Shown here: in pieces, positions 55,569-64,000 of the stretch | Layout: each line of letters starts with the position of its first letter | Numbering within the stretch: the first letter of the stretch is position 1 | Source: an uncultured archaeon | GTDB taxonomy: Archaea > Thermoplasmatota > Penumbrarchaeia > JASLWR01 | Assembly: GCA_964430885.1 (NCBI GenBank) | Contig: CAYSHM010000010.1 | Coordinates: forward strand, 1 to 64,000 | DNA: 64,000 bases | Direction of reading: 5' to 3' | Translations under genes and position numbers: made by a program | Notes under the pieces: generated by a model | Told to the model about the DNA's origin: nothing | The model's database searches: none | The model's input: only the letters and a program-made list of their open reading frames with translations

Positions 55569-58043
55569 ATGAAATTTCTTGAACGACTAGGTGGATTCGT
55601 ATCAAAAAGACCCGCTATGATAATAATCGCAATAATTGTCGTGACCGTCCTTCTCATTTCTGGAATGGGATGGTCATTGGCATCAGAAAGATCGGAGATG
55701 AGAACCAATATCAATGCTCTTTTCCCGAATTATCATGAAGTTGATGTAATGAACGAAATATATAGGGATTTCGGTGATGTAGAACCGTTCATAATTCTTG
55801 TAAAATCGGATGACGTAATAACTCCAGATATATTTAGCAGATGTTCCGAGGTAATGACAAAATTGTACAGAGATAATACTACGAAAGAATCCGTTCTAGG
55901 CTCCAATGAATTGGAGAAATCCCAAAGTTTTATTTCCCTCCCCATTATTCTCGGAGGATACCGGTTCACATACAAAACAGGTGATCCAGAGCCTACCATA
56001 TTGCAATCACTCTCATGGGCAGCCAACTTCACAACAAAAGAGGAACTTATAACCGTTCTCAATAGTTATCTATCAGATCCCAATATCCCGGATTTCATGA
56101 AAGGGTATGTTTACCAGTTCCTCCCGGCAGATGCTGATTACTCAGCACCTGTTACATCCATGCTCATGTTGGTAACATTGGATGGAGCAATAAGCGATGA
56201 GGAATTGGAAGAGTTGGAGCTCCATATGAGAGACGATCTGATCAATGGGCAGAGAGGGGATGGAATAACCATCTATGTTTATGCTTTCGGTCTGCTAAAT
56301 GCTTCCTACATGGAAGCTCAGGCTGCAGCGGAACCCTTGATGATGCTTGCCCTAGTTGGTGTTTTCATCCTGTCATGGATAAATTATAGGAGATTATCTG
56401 ATGTTCTCATCGCATACACCGCGCTGTTACTGGTATTAATTTGGACCTTTGCAATTGTAGGTATTTTAGGTTTTGATTACAATTTCATGAATATTATGGT
56501 ACCCGTTCTCATGATCGGTCTAGCTATCGATTTCAGTTTTCATTCTATTATGGGATATCGTGAGAGATTGGGAACTGAAAAGGAAAAAAAGGACCCTTCT
56601 CATTATGCTGTGATCTCCATGATGAAGGTTGTCGGTGTTGCATTCATTCTAGCTACGATCACAACTGCTTTCGGATTCCTTTCAAATGTAACCTCCAATA
56701 TGCCCTCCATCAGTGAATTCGGGATATTGGCTGCTTTGGGAATAATATTCGCATGCATTCTCAATATGACCTATGTTCCATCCATTCGAATTGTATTAGA
56801 CCGACGAAGGATGAAAAAGACAGGGGAGGTGAAGGGAGTTATAGAACCTGAAAAGGTAAGTTCAAAACCTGGCAGAATCCTCAAACCTCTTTCCATTACG
56901 GTTAGATATCCCTGGCCCTTGATAATCATATTATTTCTGGTGGCAGTACCGGGTTATCTTCTTGCTGCAGATATGAAAGCTACCTACGATCCTACGGGTG
57001 AATTGCTTGAAACAATGGAAATAACAAAGGCATTTCACCAGATAAACAACGAATATTCATTAGGTACCGAATACATAATGGTCAGGATAAACGGGGATTT
57101 AGAGGATCCGGAACTATGGCAAGCAATATTCCTGGCAGTTGAAAATGCAAGCAATGACGAATATGTAAATACCATCGAAGGTAAAGCCAACATTGAATGG
57201 CTTGGTTCATTTTTTCCTTTTTTAGAAGGAAGAGATCCGTCATATTCATATGTCGATAGTGATCTAGATGGTAAAGTCGATAGGGAAGCATCGGGTGAAA
57301 AGCTTATCCTGATGATAGATAATTTGACCTCCTATTACGGTTCAACCATTGAACAGCTTATCCATAAGGGTGAACATGGATATGACGGAATTCTGCTCAG
57401 AGTTGCATCGGAAACCAATATCGGGGAGCATGGTTTGAAAGCGAGGGAAGAACTGGTGCAGGACCTGAAACCTGTTATTGAAGCCGGCGGCAGTTATGAG
57501 ATCACCGGCGAACCCATCATATGGAACAAGGGTCTTGATGATTTCAACGATTCCCTACTGAACTCGACACTGCTGGTCATGGTATTTGCAGCCCTCCTTC
57601 TGACCTTAGTATTCGGTATTATACATAGATCACCCCTTTTAGGTTTGCTCACTGCTGTACTCCCAATCCTCGTTATAGGCTGGACCCTGGGAACAATGGC
57701 CATCATGGGCATACCACTAAACATGATGACTGCTTTCGTTGGTTCGTTCACTGTAGGACTGGGAATAGACTATCCAATACATCTTGTCACACGATGGGCC
57801 GAGGAGAGAAGAAAAGGATTCGGAATAATCGAATGTTATTCCATTTCGGTGAAATCAACTGGAAAAGAACTGATGTTCTCTGCTGCCACAACCCTTTTTG
57901 CCTTCTTGGCTTTCGCACTGATGCCCATGCCCATCATGAGAGAATTCGGCATTGTTATGCTATGCGGGATCATTTTTTCATTCCTAGGAGGTGTGTTCGT
58001 CATGCCGATGCTCATAAGGATTTGGCATCGTAGGAGCGAATAA
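55569..58043 (+). CDS. RND/MMPL-family transporter
   Basis: Duplicated 1+5 TM architecture with GLAIDFSFH and GLGIDYPIH. 26 bp downstream of tetR. Confidence 0.9.
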   Translation: MKFLERLGGFVSKRPAMIIIAIIVVTVLLISGMGWSLASERSEMRTNINALFPNYHEVDVMNEIYRDFGDVEPFIILVKSDDVITPDIFSRCSEVMTKLYRDNTTKESVLGSNELEKSQSFISLPIILGGYRFTYKTGDPEPTILQSLSWAANFTTKEELITVLNSYLSDPNIPDFMKGYVYQFLPADADYSAPVTSMLMLVTLDGAISDEELEELELHMRDDLINGQRGDGITIYVYAFGLLNASYMEAQAAAEPLMMLALVGVFILSWINYRRLSDVLIAYTALLLVLIWTFAIVGILGFDYNFMNIMVPVLMIGLAIDFSFHSIMGYRERLGTEKEKKDPSHYAVISMMKVVGVAFILATITTAFGFLSNVTSNMPSISEFGILAALGIIFACILNMTYVPSIRIVLDRRRMKKTGEVKGVIEPEKVSSKPGRILKPLSITVRYPWPLIIILFLVAVPGYLLAADMKATYDPTGELLETMEITKAFHQINNEYSLGTEYIMVRINGDLEDPELWQAIFLAVENASNDEYVNTIEGKANIEWLGSFFPFLEGRDPSYSYVDSDLDGKVDREASGEKLILMIDNLTSYYGSTIEQLIHKGEHGYDGILLRVASETNIGEHGLKAREELVQDLKPVIEAGGSYEITGEPIIWNKGLDDFNDSLLNSTLLVMVFAALLLTLVFGIIHRSPLLGLLTAVLPILVIGWTLGTMAIMGIPLNMMTAFVGSFTVGLGIDYPIHLVTRWAEERRKGFGIIECYSISVKSTGKELMFSAATTLFAFLAFALMPMPIMREFGIVMLCGIIFSFLGGVFVMPMLIRIWHRRSE

Positions 58044-58326
58044 AAACCGGGGTAAAAATAGGGGCAATCCCTCTATAATGAGCCATCTATCATAACTGCT
58101 CATCAGTAATTTTCAGGCGCTAGAATCGGCAATCATTCGAGGCAGTTCAATTTCACTACTAGAATGGGTTTCTGAAAAGAACGCATTACATTTTTATATT
58201 AATTTATCAATGATTGGACCATAACTAGATCGGTCCTTTCAGAGGAATCGACGGTCATGGCAATATTGGCCAAATATATAATACCGAATATCCTGAAATA
58301 AATACAATGAACAAAGGGGTGAACAA

Positions 58327-59772
58327 ATGAAAAAGATCTATGCTCTATTGGTTATCCTCCTCGCTTTGGCAGTGATAACCACAGGTTGCGACGATAAGAA
58401 GAAAAAGGAAGATACAATTAACGGAGAAGATGACGATACTGGAGATGATGATGACAACGGTAACGGAGGAAGTACAACATATACCACTGTTGCGGTAGAT
58501 GATCTGAATTCCACACCGTATTCCTACAGCGGAAAGAACGTCAAGGTAGTGGATGCTGAAGTTACAAGCGTTCCCCAGACATTTTACTGCTATATAACTG
58601 ATGATTCAACCTCTTCCACGGTAAAACTCTACGGATATGATGAGGACCTTGGAATAAAGGTAGGTGACGTTATTACTGTCCAGGGAATATTCGAACAGTT
58701 CGAGAATAAATACTGGGAGATCAAAATCCGCTCAAAAACTGATGATAAAGTTACAATAACTGATTCCGTGACGGTAGCGTACACAAGCATAGGACTTGAA
58801 GCCCTCCTGAGTGACCCCGATTCCTATTATGGCCTTTCAGTCGAATTGAAGGATGTCACTGTGGTGAATAAGGACTCCTATTATCATTTCAAATTGACCA
58901 ATGATAAGACTACTGAAAAGCTGGCAGTTTATAATGATGGTCTTTATCTGAAACAGTTCAAGGAAGGAGACACCATCACAATAAAGGGCCAATTTATTGA
59001 ATATAACGATGCACCTGAACTTAAATTAAGAAACGAAACCGCTTACGACGACGGTGTTGTATCTGTCACAGATGGTGGTGGGGGAACAACCGTAACCTAT
59101 GAAGTGCATACCGTTTCAGAAATACTAGGGGACCCGGAAAGCTTTGAAGGTGATAATGTTCAATTGACGGATGTAAAGGTAGCTTGGATAGATGACGGGA
59201 ATTCCGCGGCTTTCACTCTCTTCGGAGTAACCGATGATACAAGAGCTGAGACCCTAGAGATAGTGGCGTTCAATAAGATCGATGAAAATGATATTGCCAA
59301 AATTGTTCCTGATGCTATTGTTACTGTTAAGGGAAAAATGGGTTATTACGATCAGAATAAAAATGATGTTAAGGACGAGGATGAGGATTGGCAGGTAACA
59401 GTTTCAAGCTATTCTGACAGCGATGAGGTAATAATTGTCGAGGAAGCGGCGGCTATAACTTATTCAGAGGTAACCTTGAATGAATTGCTGGGAGATACTG
59501 ATACCTACAATGAGAGTGACGTTAAGGTCCTGAATGCCGAGATAACAACTCTTGAAGAGAGGTCATCTGGTCTGAAGATCAACATTACGGATGCAAGCTA
59601 TAATGGTACCCTTATCCTATTCATACCCAATGATGCTGATCAACCGACAGGACTGGCTGTTGGAAACACTATTAATATTTGGGGACAGTTCAAATGGTGG
59701 CCACACAGTCACGAAGGATACTGGGAAGTAATTCTGAGAGAAAACGGTCAGGACAAGGTGGAAAAGGTATAG
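58327..59772 (+). CDS. Lipoprotein with four tandem OB-fold-like repeats
   Basis: Signal ending in the lipobox ITTG-C, then a D/G linker. Four ~100-aa repeats starting TYTTVAVDDL/AYTSIGLEAL/TYEVHTVSEI/TYSEVTLNEL, with G(D/N)xIxxxG-F-type cores. Confidence 0.72.
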   Translation: MKKIYALLVILLALAVITTGCDDKKKKEDTINGEDDDTGDDDDNGNGGSTTYTTVAVDDLNSTPYSYSGKNVKVVDAEVTSVPQTFYCYITDDSTSSTVKLYGYDEDLGIKVGDVITVQGIFEQFENKYWEIKIRSKTDDKVTITDSVTVAYTSIGLEALLSDPDSYYGLSVELKDVTVVNKDSYYHFKLTNDKTTEKLAVYNDGLYLKQFKEGDTITIKGQFIEYNDAPELKLRNETAYDDGVVSVTDGGGGTTVTYEVHTVSEILGDPESFEGDNVQLTDVKVAWIDDGNSAAFTLFGVTDDTRAETLEIVAFNKIDENDIAKIVPDAIVTVKGKMGYYDQNKNDVKDEDEDWQVTVSSYSDSDEVIIVEEAAAITYSEVTLNELLGDTDTYNESDVKVLNAEITTLEERSSGLKINITDASYNGTLILFIPNDADQPTGLAVGNTINIWGQFKWWPHSHEGYWEVILRENGQDKVEKV

Positions 59773-59930
59773 GAATATCTGTTGGAGACGGGTCAATCCT
59801 AGTAATATATCAAAATTGATACGCTTAATCAGTAAATTATTCAGTGCAGGCTTATTGTTTAAACAGCAACACTTACTACAGAAAATATATTTCAATCATT
59901 GTTGTTCCACAATTTACCGGAAGTGATTCT

Positions 59931-61043
59931 ATGAGTGTCAGTTGGATAGATAAACATACAAAGATCAAACATATGGAGATCACAGATGAATTCGTAATGG
60001 TCGATGCAGATATGCCCATGACAAGGGTTGCACGCAAAATGCTTGACCTTGGTGATCACGGTTCTGCCCTGGTAACCAGAGGGGATGACAGGGTAATTGG
60101 GTTCTTATCCAGAAAAGGATTTCTGGAACTGGCTGCAAAGGGATTTGATCCTAGGAGAACCCGGGCTCATGAGCTTATGAATGAGGATTTTATGGAGATA
60201 TCCGGTGAGGAGACTGTCGAAAAGGTCATACCCTTCATCGCCGATAAATATCCTGAAGCTATTGTTGTCATAGATTTTGATGGAAATTGTATGGGATATT
60301 TTTCCAGAAATGATTACCGTGACGCATTGGCGGGATTGGGTTGTTACGATCAGACCCATGAACCGATCACTCCGGAAGAATGGCTTACCAAGGGTATTGC
60401 CATCTCGTCTCTGGGAAAGGTACAGGAAGCTATCGAGTGCTACGAGAACTATGTAAAGATCCAGCCTGACGTCCAGAAAGGGTGGTTCATGCTGGCAAGG
60501 AAGTTTGAGAAAGAGGGACGTTTCAAGGATGCGGTCATATGTTACGATATGTATCTCAAATTGAATCCCAATGATGCCGATGGTTGGTTCAACCGGGGTA
60601 ATGTTCTGAACAGGATGCGTAATTATCTCCAGGCGGCTCAAAGTTATTCTCATGCACTGAAGATACTTCCTGACAATAAATCGATATTGATGAATCTGGG
60701 ACTCACTCTTACCGATGCGGGAAAATCGAAAAAAGCACTGGAAGTATATAGTAAATTGGAGAGCATAATCGGAGAGAGCGCTGACCTAAGCTATAAGAAG
60801 GGCAACATTTACGATAAGGACGGAAAGCACAAGGAATCCATAAAATGCTACAGCAGAGCCACTGAACTTAACCCGAATCACGAAGAGAGCTGGTTCAATA
60901 TGGGAGCCGCCCTTCACAGCCAGGGAAAAGAAAGAAAGGCCATGAAATGTTTTGATGAGGTTCTGAGAATTGATCCTAACAATGTAAGTGCCAGGGAAGC
61001 TAGGACGATCTGTGAAGAGAATAAAAGGTTCTTGTTCTTCTAA
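59931..61043 (+). CDS. CBS-pair plus TPR fusion protein
   Basis: N-terminal CBS pair (VIGFLSRKGF; AIVVID..G.CMGYFSRND), then ~6 TPRs. Start set to ATG 59931. Confidence 0.82.
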   Translation: MSVSWIDKHTKIKHMEITDEFVMVDADMPMTRVARKMLDLGDHGSALVTRGDDRVIGFLSRKGFLELAAKGFDPRRTRAHELMNEDFMEISGEETVEKVIPFIADKYPEAIVVIDFDGNCMGYFSRNDYRDALAGLGCYDQTHEPITPEEWLTKGIAISSLGKVQEAIECYENYVKIQPDVQKGWFMLARKFEKEGRFKDAVICYDMYLKLNPNDADGWFNRGNVLNRMRNYLQAAQSYSHALKILPDNKSILMNLGLTLTDAGKSKKALEVYSKLESIIGESADLSYKKGNIYDKDGKHKESIKCYSRATELNPNHEESWFNMGAALHSQGKERKAMKCFDEVLRIDPNNVSAREARTICEENKRFLFF

Positions 61044-61337
61044 AGATCCAAAGAGATAATGTCCTACTTTCGTAACAGAGTAAATTGCTAAATAACGAAT
61101 AAACACTTCCAAGTCTGGAAAATCATGATCTGAATATTTTACATTTCTATCATCCAGCGGTCTTTTTACAGTTCATTTTAAAGCAAAAAGCAATATATGG
61201 GTTTTCCATTAAAAATCAGGTTCAAAGGTCTTTACTAGGATGGCAATTTTCTAATTATCTGTTGCCATAGATGCACTAGAACATATCCATTTAGGGAGGC
61301 CGTCATAACTAAAAGCAGTAAGATGGAGGTGAATTGA

Positions 61338-63377
61338 ATGGAAAATATATTAGTTTGTACTGCATGGCCTTATGCAAACGGGCCGCTTCACTTGGGTCAT
61401 TTTGCAGGCTGTTTTCTTCCTGCAGATATATTTGTAAGGTACCAGCGTATGGCAGGGAACAACGTTTACATGGTTTCAGGTTCTGACCAGCATGGAACTC
61501 CGATCACCGTAACAGCAGAAAAGGAAAGCACAACTCCCGAAGAAGTTGCTGACCGGTACCACGAGAAGAACTATGATTCCCTTGTCCAAATGGGAATATC
61601 TTACGATCTCTTTGCCAAGACCCACGATCCTCATCATTTTAAGGTGGTACATGAGATTTTCACAACCCTTTACGAGAAGAACTACATATTCAAAAAAAAG
61701 CTAATGGCACCCTTTTGTCCAAAATGTGAAAGGTTCCTTCCCGACAGATATATTGAGGGGACATGCCCTGAATGCGGATTTGAAAAGGCAAGGGGCGATC
61801 AGTGCGATCACTGCGGAAAAACACTGGATGCTGATGAACTGGTAGATTCCAAATGCAGTCTCTGCACCACACATCCCGAGAACAGGGAGACCGAACAGTT
61901 TTACCTGCGTCTTTCCCATCTTGAGGGACCATTATGGAACATGCTTGAGGGAAAAGATTACTGGAGACCTTCAGTTCTGGGTCTGACCAAGGGATGGCTG
62001 AATGAAGGACTTCAGGATAGAGCTATCACAAGGGATCTGAGTTGGGGTGTTCCAATCCCCCTGGATGGATATGATAAGAAATGTATATACGTCTGGTTCG
62101 AAGCGGTGATCGGATATCTATCATGCACCAAGAAATTAAGCAAGAAATTGGGTAAACCCGATATGTGGAAGGATTTCTGGCTGAATGATGATGCACGGAT
62201 CTATTACTTCTTGGCCAAAGATAATATTCCTTTCCATACCCTGATCTTCCCGGCAATGCTGGCTGGATTCGATCCTCAGTATAATCTCCCCTATGATGTT
62301 CCATCAAATCAATATCTTACCCTTAATAGCGAACAGTTCTCCAAATCTAGAAAACATGCGGTCTGGGTTCCAAGCTACCTTGAGAGATTTCCCCCAGACC
62401 TCATACGGTACTATCTCACCATTAATATGCCCGAGCACAAGGATACTGATTTTACCTGGAAGAACTTCGTCCGTGTAAACAATGAAGATCTTATTGCAAC
62501 CCTTGGTAATATGATACACAGGGTACTGGTTCTTTCACAGAAGTATTTCGGTGAGATCCCAAACCACAGCGAGAATTATACTGTTGATGGCTTGGACAAA
62601 GAACTGCTTGAAGCAATACCCAGGACCAGGGATGAAATGGGTGATTTTATCAACCGATGTAAATTCCAGAATTCAATAAAATCCTTCATGAAACTCGCCC
62701 AGAAGGGAAACGAATACCTTGGACAGAAGGAACCATGGCGTCTATACAAGGATGAACCTGACAAATGCAGAGATATCCTTCACAATCTCATGTGTGTGGT
62801 GAACGGGTTGACCAGATTGATGGTTCCCTATATGCCCGGCACAGCTCAGAAGCTCCATGAGATGCTGGGAAATGAGGGGAAAGTGGAAGAAAGCCCATGG
62901 GATTTCGATCCATTAAAAATCAATATCGGATATAAATTGAGAAAACCAAGTCCTCTTTTCAGGAAATTGGAACTCAAGAAGATCATTGAAACAGAGAGCA
63001 AATTCGGTGGTGCTGAGGAAGAAAAGAAGGAAGCCAGGCCCATCAAGAAGAGGATCCCATTCAAAGATTTCCAGGCCCTTGATATCAGGGTGGCAGAGAT
63101 ACGTAGTGTAGAGCCTCATCCCAATGCTGAAAACCTTTATCTATTGAAAGTAGACGCGGGGCTAGGAAAGGAAATTCAGATGGTCGCAGGCTTGAAGAAA
63201 TATTACAAACCTGAAGAATTGAAAGGTGAAAAGATTGTGGTCATAGTCAATCTGGAACCTGCGGAAATACGGGGGATCAAGTCCGAAGCAATGCTTCTGG
63301 CTGCAGACGATCCGGGAGTGAACGTAACCCTGGTGGGTCCAAAGAGAGATATTAGAACGGGTTCATATGTATACTGA
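61338..63377 (+). CDS. metG: Methionine--tRNA ligase with C-terminal tRNA-binding domain
   Basis: TAWPYANGPLHLGH, SGSDQHG, Zn knuckles, ITRDLSWG, YVWFEA, KDNIPFH, FSKS. C-terminal DIRVAEI...SEAMLLA. Confidence 0.97.
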   Translation: MENILVCTAWPYANGPLHLGHFAGCFLPADIFVRYQRMAGNNVYMVSGSDQHGTPITVTAEKESTTPEEVADRYHEKNYDSLVQMGISYDLFAKTHDPHHFKVVHEIFTTLYEKNYIFKKKLMAPFCPKCERFLPDRYIEGTCPECGFEKARGDQCDHCGKTLDADELVDSKCSLCTTHPENRETEQFYLRLSHLEGPLWNMLEGKDYWRPSVLGLTKGWLNEGLQDRAITRDLSWGVPIPLDGYDKKCIYVWFEAVIGYLSCTKKLSKKLGKPDMWKDFWLNDDARIYYFLAKDNIPFHTLIFPAMLAGFDPQYNLPYDVPSNQYLTLNSEQFSKSRKHAVWVPSYLERFPPDLIRYYLTINMPEHKDTDFTWKNFVRVNNEDLIATLGNMIHRVLVLSQKYFGEIPNHSENYTVDGLDKELLEAIPRTRDEMGDFINRCKFQNSIKSFMKLAQKGNEYLGQKEPWRLYKDEPDKCRDILHNLMCVVNGLTRLMVPYMPGTAQKLHEMLGNEGKVEESPWDFDPLKINIGYKLRKPSPLFRKLELKKIIETESKFGGAEEEKKEARPIKKRIPFKDFQALDIRVAEIRSVEPHPNAENLYLLKVDAGLGKEIQMVAGLKKYYKPEELKGEKIVVIVNLEPAEIRGIKSEAMLLAADDPGVNVTLVGPKRDIRTGSYVY

Positions 63378-63494
63378 TGAACTAAATGGAAATTCCATTG
63401 ATACTATTGAATGTTGGCTTTAGGAAAGAATAAGTAATGCAAAAAACCAGAATGATCTGATCTAGGTGATTCGATACCTTGGAAGTGTGGTTAA

Positions 63495-64000
63495 ATGAAG
63501 ATCGATATGCATGTTCATACCAAATATTCCATAGACGGAAAGGGTGAACTGTCCGAGTTCATCAAGATGGCCAGGAAAAAGGATCTTTCAGGTCTGGCCA
63601 TTACCGATCACAACACTATAAAAGGAGCACTCAAGGCAAAGAAAATGACAAAGAAATTTGAGGACTTCGTATTGATTGTAGGTGAGGAGGTATCCACCAC
63701 AGAAGGGCATGTTCTAGCTTACAATATTCAAGAACAGATTATCCCGGGTCTTACCCCTGCTGAAACCATTGAACTGATCGAAGATGCAGGGGGCTTTGCG
63801 GCAGCTGCACATCCAGGCAGGACCCCTTCCGGAATAAAAAGGAAAAAGATCAGAAAGCTACCGTTCAAAGTTGTGGAGTCACTCAATGCCTCAAGCTTGG
63901 AATATGTGAACAAAAGAGCTTTGAAAATGGCTGTCAAAATGGGTACAAGCTGTATTGGGGGTTCCGACGGTCATAAACCCCGGAAAATCGGAAGGGCATA
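63495..64000 (+). CDS. PHP-domain metal-dependent phosphoesterase (runs off the window end; absent from the ORF track)
   Basis: Translated from ATG 63495: MKIDMHVHTKYSIDG...AITDHN...GEEVST..GH...AHP...GGSDGH. Confidence 0.88.
   Translation, partial: MKIDMHVHTKYSIDGKGELSEFIKMARKKDLSGLAITDHNTIKGALKAKKMTKKFEDFVLIVGEEVSTTEGHVLAYNIQEQIIPGLTPAETIELIEDAGGFAAAAHPGRTPSGIKRKKIRKLPFKVVESLNASSLEYVNKRALKMAVKMGTSCIGGSDGHKPRKIGRA

Overview
Gene-dense, moderately AT-rich archaeal genome segment. Archaeal origin is supported by Trm1, a THEP1-type NTPase, a tRNA-Ala gene without encoded CCA and GGTGA-type Shine-Dalgarno sites. The many PKD-rich membrane-anchored surface proteins suggest Thermoplasmatota, but that is inference. 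In order, the window holds: a xanthine-dehydrogenase-family three-subunit operon plus a cyclase-family hydrolase; an SPFH/zinc-ribbon gene pair; NTPase-trm1-tRNA-Ala(UGC); a 2175-aa lamin-tail/PKD surface protein; two MBL-fold hydrolases; purB; a split MgtE/SLC41 plus PhoU-RCK_C cluster; two RND/MMPL transporters; queE; a TetR with a palindromic operator; an OB-fold lipoprotein; a CBS-TPR protein; metG; and a truncated PHP gene. The main find is a ~22 kb co-oriented locus (28904-50639). It encodes a processive GT2 synthase (D,D,D,QRKRW), a polytopic TPR membrane protein, a membrane-anchored CE4 deacetylase, three tandem GHL10-type hydrolases and a GH18-PKD protein, and it sits between wbpB-like and wbpD/wbpE-like diacetamido-sugar genes. 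It looks like an archaeal synthase-dependent system for making and remodelling a HexNAc polysaccharide (PNAG/chitin-like). No CRISPR array, integrase, transposase or rRNA was recognised. All family calls come from motif recognition by eye; no database searches were run.
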